Notes: a model not told the origin generated them from the sequence alone. Positions 7,409 to 14,918 are shown, numbered from the stretch's first letter. The stretch is DNA of 18,637 bases from Clostridia bacterium (GCA_030539155.1 JAUNSP010000002.1:34081-52717); one strand, 5' to 3'. Made by a program: numbers and translations.

Positions 7409-9454
7409 CTATAAATTAAGTTGTTCTAAATCAAACTTATTTTGTATTAATTTTTTTAGTGGTTCATTTTCGCTCTTTTCTAATTTTGGATCTTCTTGTT
7501 CAATTTTTAACGCTATCTCCTGTACCCTTTTTAGAATTTGAACATCTTCGAATAAATTTGCAATCTTAAATTCTGGGATTCCATGTTGTTTAGTTCCAAA
7601 AAAGTCCCCTGTTCCCCTTAATTCTAAATCCTTCTCTGCTATTACAAATCCATCATTTGTAGATGTCATAGTTTGCATTCTTTTTCTCACAATCTCTGAT
7701 TTACTATTATACTTTAATATACAGTACGATTGATATTCCCCTCTCCCAACTCTTCCTCTTAATTGATGAAGTGCCGCTAATCCAAATCTTTCTGCATTCT
7801 CTACTACCATAATACTAGCATTTGGAACATTTACTCCTACTTCTATCACAGTTGTAGAGATAAGTATATCTATCTTGCCTTCCTTAAATTTTTGCATTAT
7901 TTCATCTTTTTCTTTTGGTTTTAATTTTCCATATATATACTCAACCCTATATCCTTTAAAAGTTTCATTTTTATATTCCTCCGCAAGTTCTAATACTGCA
8001 TTTGCCTCTATCTCCTCAGTTTCTTCTACTAATGGACATACAATATAGGCCTGTCTACCCTGGTCTATTTGTTTCTTTATAAATATATTTATTCTTTCAT
8101 TTAAGCTACTCGTTACAGCGTAAGTTTCTATTTTTCTCCTATTAGGAGGTAATTCGTTAATAATTGATATATCTAAATCTCCATATAAGATTAGTGCTAA
8201 CGTTCTAGGTATAGGTGTTGCTGTCATTACTAATACATCTGGATTTTTGCCTTTGGATGCAATTATTTGTCTCTGTCTTACTCCGAATCTATGTTGCTCA
8301 TCTGTTACTACTAATCCTAAATCTCTAAATCTAACATTTTCCTCAAGTAGAGCATGTGTACCTATCAATACATTAATCTCCCCATTTTCAAGTCTGCTCA
8401 AAATTTCTTCCTTTTTCTTTTTTGTTACAGAACTTACTAGTAATTCACACCTTACTCCATATTTATTTAAAGTTTGATTAAAACTTTCTAAATGTTGATT
8501 TGCAAGTATTGCTGTCGGCGCCATTATTGCTACTTGATATCCACTTTTTACCGCCTTGTATGTTGCTATTATTGATACTATCGTTTTCCCTGAACCTACA
8601 TCTCCCTGTAATAATCTATTCATAATTTTTTGTGATTCCATGTCGTCATTTATTTCTCTTAAAACATTTTTTTGTGCATCAGTTAATTCGAACGGCAAAT
8701 CCTTTATAATAGTATCCATTCCCACATCCTTTTTTAAACTTATACCTATTTTGTCTTTTACATACTTGTTTTTTAGGGTTAAGAGCGCCAATTGTAGTCC
8801 TAATATTTCCTCGAAAACTAGTCTTTCCCTAGCCTTTTTAAATTCTTCGAAATCATCAGGGAAGTGAATTTTATATGACGCTTCATCTTTACCCATTAAT
8901 TTTTCTCTATCTAATATATAATTTGGCATATTCTCTTCCAATTCATATTCCACTGTTTTTAACCCATTTTGTATAATTTGTCTTATCGTATTTTGTGATA
9001 AATTATATGTTAACGGATAGATAGGTATAATTTTTCCAGTATTTTTATTAATTCCAGTTTGATCAAAAACAGGTGAATTCATTTCATATCTACCATTTTT
9101 ATTTGTAACTTTTCCATAAAATTTATATTTTACACCAATTCTAAATATATTTTTCAAATATGATTGATTAAACCAAGTTATATTACAAGATGCAGTTTCA
9201 TCTCTTACAGTTAACTTATACAAACACAATCTACCTCTTTTTATTTCTGTCACTTTGGTAAGTACTACTGCTTCTATTAAGCACTCTTCCCCGTCCTTTA
9301 TACCCATTATTGGCTTAGGCACACTCCTATCTTCATAAGTCCTTGGGTAATATGAAATTAAATCATCCAAAGTGTAAATTCCTAATTTATTTAAAAGTGA
9401 AGCTCTATTAGGCCCCACTCCTTTTACGTATTTAACATCATTTTTTAGATCCAT
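7409..9454 (-). CDS. recG: ATP-dependent DNA helicase RecG
   Basis: N-terminal VKGVGP..A..L...GI.T..DL wedge region, Walker A (GDVGSGKT), DEQHRFG, TATPIPRT and QLRGRVGRG helicase motifs. I prefer the ATG at 9454, which has an AAGGGAAG SD. The ORF-track TTG at 9487 lies inside a terminator stem. Confidence 0.9.
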   Translation of the reverse strand: MDLKNDVKYVKGVGPNRASLLNKLGIYTLDDLISYYPRTYEDRSVPKPIMGIKDGEECLIEAVVLTKVTEIKRGRLCLYKLTVRDETASCNITWFNQSYLKNIFRIGVKYKFYGKVTNKNGRYEMNSPVFDQTGINKNTGKIIPIYPLTYNLSQNTIRQIIQNGLKTVEYELEENMPNYILDREKLMGKDEASYKIHFPDDFEEFKKARERLVFEEILGLQLALLTLKNKYVKDKIGISLKKDVGMDTIIKDLPFELTDAQKNVLREINDDMESQKIMNRLLQGDVGSGKTIVSIIATYKAVKSGYQVAIMAPTAILANQHLESFNQTLNKYGVRCELLVSSVTKKKKEEILSRLENGEINVLIGTHALLEENVRFRDLGLVVTDEQHRFGVRQRQIIASKGKNPDVLVMTATPIPRTLALILYGDLDISIINELPPNRRKIETYAVTSSLNERINIFIKKQIDQGRQAYIVCPLVEETEEIEANAVLELAEEYKNETFKGYRVEYIYGKLKPKEKDEIMQKFKEGKIDILISTTVIEVGVNVPNASIMVVENAERFGLAALHQLRGRVGRGEYQSYCILKYNSKSEIVRKRMQTMTSTNDGFVIAEKDLELRGTGDFFGTKQHGIPEFKIANLFEDVQILKRVQEIALKIEQEDPKLEKSENEPLKKLIQNKFDLEQLNL

Positions 9455-9479
9455 CAAATCTTCCCTTTCTGTTAATAAA

Positions 9480-9512
9480 GCGGACAAATCTTCTATTTTT
9501 TAATTTGTCCGC
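9480..9512 (-). terminator. Rho-independent terminator downstream of the PBP/PASTA gene
   Basis: Perfect 10-bp stem GCGGACAAAT (9480-9489) / ATTTGTCCGC (9503-9512) with a 13-nt loop, followed on the minus strand by UUUAUUAAC. Confidence 0.5.
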
Positions 9513-9515
9513 TTT

Positions 9516-9550
9516 TATATAATAGGAAAGGATAACTTTCCTATTATATA
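9516..9550. repeat. 35-nt perfect palindromic unit, copy 1
   Basis: TATATAATAGGAAAG-GATAA-CTTTCCTATTATATA: a 15-bp perfect stem and 5-nt loop. Its right arm overlaps the last codons and stop of the PASTA ORF. Near-identical copy at 13847-13881. Confidence 0.6.
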
Positions 9551-9963
9551 CTATCATCTGTTCTTTCCTCATTATTGTTTTTTTCTTTATTTTCCTCATT
9601 TTTATCTTGTTGCTCTTTAGGTTGTTTTTTATTTACTGTAAGTGTAATTGATTGCCCTTTCTCAAGTTCCTCTCCCGCACTTATACTTTGTTTTAAAACT
9701 ACGCCATCAGCTTTCATAGAATTTTCTACATATTTTATAGTTACTTTCAATCCTGCACCTTGTAATTTCTGTAAAGCTTCACTTTCTACTAAACCTACTA
9801 CATTATCAACTCTTATTTTTTCTACTATTGGCTCAGAATGAATTGTACATACATCTGTTATTTTTCCATATTTTCCGTTCTCCCCCCGTTGACCATGCTG
9901 CATTTTTTTCTTTGTCAGGTTTTTGTAAATATATCCTTTCTTCAATATTTGTGCAATACTCAT
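9544..9963 (-). CDS. PASTA-domain fragment: the detached C-terminus of the upstream class A PBP
   Basis: VVGLVESEALQKLQGAGLKVTIKYVEN....DGVVLKQSISAGEELEKGQSITLTV fits the PASTA pattern. It has no credible start of its own and overlaps the PBP ORF end (9833-9963) in a frame offset by one. Confidence 0.65.
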   Translation of the reverse strand: MSIAQILKKGYIYKNLTKKKMQHGQRGENGKYGKITDVCTIHSEPIVEKIRVDNVVGLVESEALQKLQGAGLKVTIKYVENSMKADGVVLKQSISAGEELEKGQSITLTVNKKQPKEQQDKNEENKEKNNNEERTDDSI

Positions 9964-12121
9964 TTGCTATGCAATTTGAATCCAAACATACAGTTACCTT
10001 CTCGTGTCCCTCACATCTTGATGGCAACGTTCCCTTTACAAAGAATTCTGAATATACCCTCTTACATGATGATGTTGCAACACATCCAGAATCCATACAT
10101 ATTGATGCTGAAACTACATTTTCTGGTTTTTCAAATTGTGCTTTAGATAGCCCACTATGAATATTCCTCATAACCGCTGCCCATATATGTGATGCAGGAT
10201 TTCCACTATATGAGATTTTCTCTTTTTGATCATACCCATACCAACTTGCTGCAGTATAATATGGTGTAAATCCGCATAACCATCTATCAAAGTTATCATC
10301 AGTTGTACCCGTTTTAGCTGCTACGTCCATTCCTGATATAGCGCAATTTTTTGCTGTTCCACCTGCCCCTACAACTGGTGCAGTTAAAATACTCTTCATT
10401 ATAAAAGCATTTTCTTTCGACATTACCTGTCTTGTTTCAATTTCTGGTTCAAGAATAATATTACCATGTCTATCTTCAACTTTCGTATAGAAGGATGGAG
10501 TTATATATGTTCCATCATTTGCTATCGTAGCATACGCTGCTGCTGTTTCAAGTGGTGATATAGATGCGCTTCCTAATGCTAATGAAAGATTTGCATCAAT
10601 TGTATCATTTAAACTCGTTATTCCTAATTGTTTCAAAAATTTTATTGAATTTTCAGGTCCTAGATTAGACATCATTTTTACATTCATTATATTTGATGAT
10701 ACTTCTATAGCTTTTCTTACGGGTGCTAATCCCATATATCCCGTAGAGTTTTTAGGTGGATATTTTCCAAAGGTAGTTGGAGAATCATCATATACTGTTC
10801 CCGCTGTAATTACACCCTCCTCCAGTGCTGGTGCAACTACACCTATTGGTTTCATCGTTGAACCTATTTGTCTTATAGATTGAGTTGCCCTATTTAATCC
10901 TGTGGCATTTACATCAGTCCCTAGCCCTCCAACTGTTCCTACTACTTTACCTGTTTTATGATCTATTATAACCATTGCTGCCTGTGAGTGTTCATACTCA
11001 CCTGTCTCCTCATTTTTTGTTTTCCTTGATTTTACAATATATTTTCCCTTTTTAAATTCTTCCTCCATAGCTGTTTGAATTTTAGTGTCTTGCGTTGTAT
11101 ATATTTTTATTCCTTTTCCATAGAGATTTAACTTTGCCATTTCGTACGATAAATCTTTTTCTTTCATCAATTGCTCTATAACCTGATTTATTGCCGCTGC
11201 AGTATGGTACGAATATGTATTTGAAGTATTTACCACTCCCTTAGTAAATATTATCCCGCTTTCAACTTGATTACTTGCCTCATCAAATTGACTTTGGTCA
11301 ATATATCCCAATTCTAGCATTTTTTTGAGAACAGTTTTTGTCCTTTTCTTTATTTTTTCAGTATTATCTGACTCTTTGTTAAATGGATTGTATGCATTAG
11401 GTGAATGATTTATCCCTGCTAAAAATGCACTCTCCGCCAAATCCAACTCACTTGCTGCTTTGCTAAAATAAAACTGTGATGCAACTTCAACTCCATAGGT
11501 CTGTTGACCCATAAATATTACATTTAAATATAATTCTAGTATTTGATCTTTTGAAATCATTCTTTCAATTTGATATGCCCTAGACATTTCCCTTACTTTT
11601 CTAGTTATTCCTGCTAACCCTTTATTCTCTTTTTCGTTCATCATGTTTTTAATTAATTGTTGTGTAATCGTACTTCCTCCGAAAGAAGAACTTCCTCTAT
11701 TAAATATAAAACTAGCTGTTGCCGCCGTTGTTCTTTTGATATCTACACCATTATGTTTATAAAACCTTTCATCTTCTATAGCAACAAAAGCCTTAGGCAA
11801 ATACTCAGATATTTCTGACATGGTAACTACAACTCTTCTCTCATCACCTGTTAATTCAGCTATTAGATTCCCATCCTTATCATAGGCAACTGAATTTATA
11901 TTCTGAATTTTCAAATCATCTTCAGTCATTGACCACTCATCACTGAAAAAAATAGCTGCAAAAACTCCTAATACTATTAATACCAATATAGCTATCACAA
12001 TTAGTATAGTTCTTATTATCTTCTTTTTCTTTAAATTCCTTGTTTTTTTGTTATTACCAGTATTTGGATTGTTTTTCTTTAATTTATCCTTTACTTTCCC
12101 TTTTTTACCTCTATTTATCAT
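9833..12121 (-). CDS. Class A penicillin-binding protein (glycosyltransferase + transpeptidase), C-terminally truncated by a frameshift
   Basis: Basic N-terminus plus TM anchor. GT51 motifs EDERFYKHNG and GGSTITQQL. Transpeptidase motifs STMKP (SxxK), SSN and KTGT. Cys-rich C-terminal region. GGAGGA SD upstream of the ATG at 12121. Confidence 0.9.
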   Translation of the reverse strand: MINRGKKGKVKDKLKKNNPNTGNNKKTRNLKKKKIIRTILIVIAILVLIVLGVFAAIFFSDEWSMTEDDLKIQNINSVAYDKDGNLIAELTGDERRVVVTMSEISEYLPKAFVAIEDERFYKHNGVDIKRTTAATASFIFNRGSSSFGGSTITQQLIKNMMNEKENKGLAGITRKVREMSRAYQIERMISKDQILELYLNVIFMGQQTYGVEVASQFYFSKAASELDLAESAFLAGINHSPNAYNPFNKESDNTEKIKKRTKTVLKKMLELGYIDQSQFDEASNQVESGIIFTKGVVNTSNTYSYHTAAAINQVIEQLMKEKDLSYEMAKLNLYGKGIKIYTTQDTKIQTAMEEEFKKGKYIVKSRKTKNEETGEYEHSQAAMVIIDHKTGKVVGTVGGLGTDVNATGLNRATQSIRQIGSTMKPIGVVAPALEEGVITAGTVYDDSPTTFGKYPPKNSTGYMGLAPVRKAIEVSSNIMNVKMMSNLGPENSIKFLKQLGITSLNDTIDANLSLALGSASISPLETAAAYATIANDGTYITPSFYTKVEDRHGNIILEPEIETRQVMSKENAFIMKSILTAPVVGAGGTAKNCAISGMDVAAKTGTTDDNFDRWLCGFTPYYTAASWYGYDQKEKISYSGNPASHIWAAVMRNIHSGLSKAQFEKPENVVSASICMDSGCVATSSCKRVYSEFFVKGTLPSRCEGHEKVTVCLDSNCIANEYCTNIEERIYLQKPDKEKNAAWSTGGERKIWKNNRCMYNSF

Positions 12122-12211
12122 TGTTAGTCCTCCTAAATTTATTTTATTAATATATTATATAACATTTGTTCATTTTTTTAAAGTGTTTTTTTTAAATTTC
12201 TTTATTTTTTC

Positions 12212-12456
12212 GTTACAGGTTAAGGTTTTTATTAGACATAAGTGTCAAATATGTTGATATATCTAAATTATTTATGTAATGACGGGTTTGAAAGGAAAAA
12301 TGTTAGAAATCCTTAAAAACTTTTGAGCAACCGTATGTTTGTAGAAAGTTTTTTAGGATTTCTTGGATTTTGTATTGAAACAAGGAATGTAATAAATAAT
12401 TTAGATATATCAACATATTTAGTGAATAATTTTTTTTAAACCCCTTAACCTGTAAC
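12212..12456. mobile_element. MITE-like palindromic element, copy 2 (245 bp)
   Basis: TIRs GTTACAGGTTAAGGTTTTT (12212-12230) and AAACCCCTTAACCTGTAAC (12438-12456). Flanking 8-mers ATTTTTTC (12204-12211) and ATTTTTTA (12457-12464) match at 7 of 8. Perfect 29-bp internal arms at 12247-12275 / 12392-12420. Central hairpin at 12305-12363, homologous to the copy 1 core. Confidence 0.6.
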
Positions 12457-12522
12457 ATTTTTTAAAACATTCACCTTTTGTTTCATACTTATCATATAAT
12501 GTATGGAAGGGGGAAATAAATT

Positions 12523-12852
12523 ATGTATAAATGTAAAAAATGTTGTAATTCATATAATTACGATTGTAATTTATTTGAAAAATCTTGTAACAATGTAGAA
12601 CCAATTTCCGACTATAATTGTAATTGTTCTTGTGGTTTTGATAACGAATATTCAGCTTTTCCAGCAAACTATATGTATGGTCAAAGTTACGTTCCATTCC
12701 AACAATTAAACAATACTTTTCGTCCTGAAATTGGTTTAGAAAAGGGGACTATTTTTCCTGAATTAGTTAGTCCTTATGCTCCTTGTCAATCTGTTGAGGA
12801 GATTAATTATTTAAAAAATTCAAATAAAATTGGAGAGGGGTGTAATGGTTAA
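12523..12852 (+). CDS. cotJA: Spore coat-associated protein CotJA with a Cys-rich N-terminal extension
   Basis: The C-terminal half (YVPFQQL...GLEKGTIFPELVSPY) matches the CotJA signature. GGAAGGGGG SD. First gene of a cotJA-B-C arrangement. Confidence 0.8.
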   Translation: MYKCKKCCNSYNYDCNLFEKSCNNVEPISDYNCNCSCGFDNEYSAFPANYMYGQSYVPFQQLNNTFRPEIGLEKGTIFPELVSPYAPCQSVEEINYLKNSNKIGEGCNG

Positions 12853-13114
12853 TATGAATTGTGAAAATGTTTCTCGTCAAGAGCTACTCGATGAAATTCG
12901 TAGTCTAGAATTTTCTATTGTTGACTTAGCTCTTTATTTAGATACTCATCCAGAGGATGAAAAAGCACTTTGTTTACACAATAATTATTGTAATAAATTA
13001 AGACAATTAAAAGATAATTATCAAAAGATATACGGTCCTTTAACTATTAAATTCCCTTGTAATAAGTGGAGATGGTTAGAAGAACCATGGCCTTGGGAAA
13101 GGGGGAATTATTAA
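12845..13114 (+). CDS. cotJB: Spore coat protein CotJB
   Basis: FSIVDLALYLDTHPEDEKAL ... YGPL ... W.W...PWPWE is the CotJB signature. I prefer the ATG at 12845, with a GGAGAGGGG SD and an ATGGTTAA overlap with the cotJA stop. The ORF track starts at 12830. Confidence 0.8.
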   Translation: MVNMNCENVSRQELLDEIRSLEFSIVDLALYLDTHPEDEKALCLHNNYCNKLRQLKDNYQKIYGPLTIKFPCNKWRWLEEPWPWERGNY

Positions 13115-13115
13115 T

Positions 13116-13806
13116 ATGTGGACTTATAATAAAATACTTCAATATCCTATAAAAATAAAAAATACCAATCCTTTACTTGCGAAATTTATTATATCTCAGT
13201 ATGGTGGTCCTGATGGTGAACTTGCAGCTTCTTTGAGATATCTATCACAAAAGTTTAGTATGCCTGATCAAAAATCAAAGGCAATCCTAAATGATATTCG
13301 GAACTGAAGAATTAGCGCATTTAGAGATGGTTGGTTCTATTGTTCATCAATTAACTGATGGCGTTTGCCCTGCAGAGTTAGAAAGGGTTGGATTAGGAGC
13401 TTACTATACTGATCATGGTGTAGGAGTTTATCCTCAAGCTGCCGCTGGCTTTCCTTTTACTGCCGCTGTTTTAGCAGTGAAAGGTGACCCAATTGCAGAT
13501 TTACAAGAAGATTTAGCAGCTGAACAAAAAGCTCGTGCAACTTATGAAAAATTAATTGACCTATGTGCCGATGATCCTGATGTCATTGAACCTCTAAAAT
13601 TCTTAAGGGAGAGAGAAATCGTTCACTTCCAAAGATTTGGTGAAGCATTGAGGGGTGTTCAAGATAAATTAGCGGAAAAAAATTTCTACCATATGAATAA
13701 TTGTATGATGAATGGTTGTACGGGAAACAGTCCTGTTATGGATACTCCTTGTGAAAAATGTAATACAACTCTAAATCAATCATCACAAAACATCCCAAGG
13801 AACTAA
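13116..13806 (+). pseudogene. cotJC: CotJC (manganese-catalase / ferritin-like spore coat protein) interrupted by a single-base insertion
   Basis: Fragment 13116-13307 (MWTYNKILQYPIKIK...QYGGPDGELAASLRYLSQ) and fragment 13291-13806 (GTEELAHLEM...KGDPIADL.EDLAAEQKARATYE...LREREIVH) together are collinear with recalled B. subtilis CotJC. The frames join if C13299 is removed. Confidence 0.8.
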
Positions 13807-13842
13807 TAAATTTTATCTAATATAATTTTTAGGTCAAATCCC

Positions 13843-13885
13843 TTTTTATATAATAGGAAAGGAGAACTTTCCTATTATATAAAAA
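13843..13885. repeat. Perfect palindromic unit, copy 2 (extended to a 19-bp stem)
   Basis: TTTTTATATAATAGGAAAG-GAGAA-CTTTCCTATTATATAAAAA. The inner 35 nt (13847-13881) differ from 9516-9550 only by one loop base. Confidence 0.6.
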
Positions 13886-13889
13886 AAAG

Positions 13890-13927
13890 GACAAATGTAT
13901 GATTTTCTAATATATCATATATCTGTC
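13890..13927. terminator. Bidirectional terminator between convergent cotJC and sigH
   Basis: 14-bp stem with 2 mismatches: GACAAATGTATGAT (13890-13903) / ATCATATATCTGTC (13914-13927). T6 follows on the plus strand (13932-13937). U8 follows on the minus strand (complement of A8 at 13881-13888). Confidence 0.6.
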
Positions 13928-13947
13928 TCAAATTTTTTCATATTATT

Positions 13948-14589
13948 CTATTGAACCATGTTCTTTATTGCCTTTTTTCTTATTCTTTGTATTGCATTAT
14001 CTATTGATTTTACCGGAGCATCTAATCTTTGTGCCATTTTAACATAACTTTCTCCATTTACGTAACCACTTAATACTTTTTTTTCAAATTTACTTAAGTT
14101 GTCCTCAATTGCTCTTTCAACGTCTTCATAATATTCTTTTTTCGTTAAAGTTTCTAAAGGGTCCTCAATTGTTTTCGAATTAAATACCTCTATTAAAGGT
14201 GTATCCTCATCTTCATCATACGCTGATGTATTTAATGATACATATGAATTAAGTGGTATATGTTTTTGTCTATTTGACGTTTTTATTGCAGTTATTAATT
14301 GCCTCTCAATACACATATTTGCAAAAGACTTAAATGAATTTTGTTTATCCCCATCAAAGTCTTTTATTGCCTTGTATAGTCCTATTAATCCCTCTTGTAC
14401 TATATCTTCCTTTTCTGCTCCTATTATATAATATTTACACACTTTTAGGTTGACCAATTTTCTGTATTTTTCTATTAAATATTCTAATACATCTGCCTCC
14501 CCCATCTTTATCTTTTTTATTAATTCTTCATCTGGTACATCCTTATATTTTTCAATACAAAAATACATACTATTATTATCCATTTTCAT
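13948..14589 (-). CDS. sigH: Sporulation-initiation sigma factor SigH (Spo0H)
   Basis: EDIVQEGLIGLYKAIKDFD, SFKSFANMCIERQLITAIKTSNRQKHIPLNSYVSL and a C-terminal HTH region match the SigH subfamily of sigma-70 factors. The second ATG (14583) has better spacing to GGAG and may be the true start. Confidence 0.85.
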   Translation of the reverse strand: MKMDNNSMYFCIEKYKDVPDEELIKKIKMGEADVLEYLIEKYRKLVNLKVCKYYIIGAEKEDIVQEGLIGLYKAIKDFDGDKQNSFKSFANMCIERQLITAIKTSNRQKHIPLNSYVSLNTSAYDEDEDTPLIEVFNSKTIEDPLETLTKKEYYEDVERAIEDNLSKFEKKVLSGYVNGESYVKMAQRLDAPVKSIDNAIQRIRKKAIKNMVQ

Positions 14590-14657
14590 CTCCTATTCTC
14601 TACTCTAAATCATAAAGCGTGTCCTTTACTAACACATTTGTTTTTTCCTTAAACTAT

Positions 14658-14687
14658 ATTATAAGTCATGAAATCCACTTATGTCAA
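14658..14687 (-). promoter_or_regulatory. Sigma-A-type promoter of sigH
   Basis: On the minus strand: consensus TTGACA (14687-14682), an 18-nt spacer, then consensus TATAAT (14663-14658), about 70 nt upstream of the sigH start. Confidence 0.6.
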
Positions 14688-14752
14688 GACTTTTTTCGAT
14701 TTTTTTCTTTTTTTTGTATTATAATATGTTTTTCTCCAATATTTTACAAATT

Positions 14753-14771
14753 TCGACAAACTTCGACAAAT
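14753..14771 (-). promoter_or_regulatory. Two tandem consensus Spo0A boxes
   Basis: TTCGACAAA at 14753-14761 and again at 14763-14771, which reads TTTGTCGAA on the sigH-sense strand and contains the TGTCGAA 0A-box core. The two are spaced exactly 10 bp apart, about 70-85 bp upstream of the sigH -35. A third identical 9-mer lies at 15045-15053. Confidence 0.45.
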
Positions 14772-14918
14772 CTTGCAAGGTTATTATTTACAAAATTTAG
14801 AGAAAATTATTACCAAATCATTTTATATGAACGGATACAAAACTTTTAGTCTTCTTTTTTTGTCACATTTTTGTAATATAATTGTCATATTATTGTAACA
14901 CAAAGATGCAAAAAATAT

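Noticed and set aside
9455-9487. TTG at 9487 as the recG start (ORF-track coordinate)
   Set aside because: The TTG sits inside the perfect 10-bp terminator stem at 9480-9512 and has no SD. The ATG at 9454 has AAGGGAAG at good spacing and gives an N-terminus typical of RecG.
12463-12500. Sigma-E or sigma-K type promoter for cotJ (CATACTTA at 12484-12491, CATATAAT at 12493-12500)
   Set aside because: The -10-like strings resemble the mother-cell consensus CATACA.T, but I could not find a matching -35 at the right spacing. The evidence is too weak to annotate, though the promoter must lie in this 66-bp gap.
7119-13885. CRISPR array as an explanation for the repeated palindromes
   Set aside because: Each repeat type occurs only twice, kilobases apart, and separated by ordinary genes. 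There is no regular repeat-spacer periodicity and there are no cas genes.
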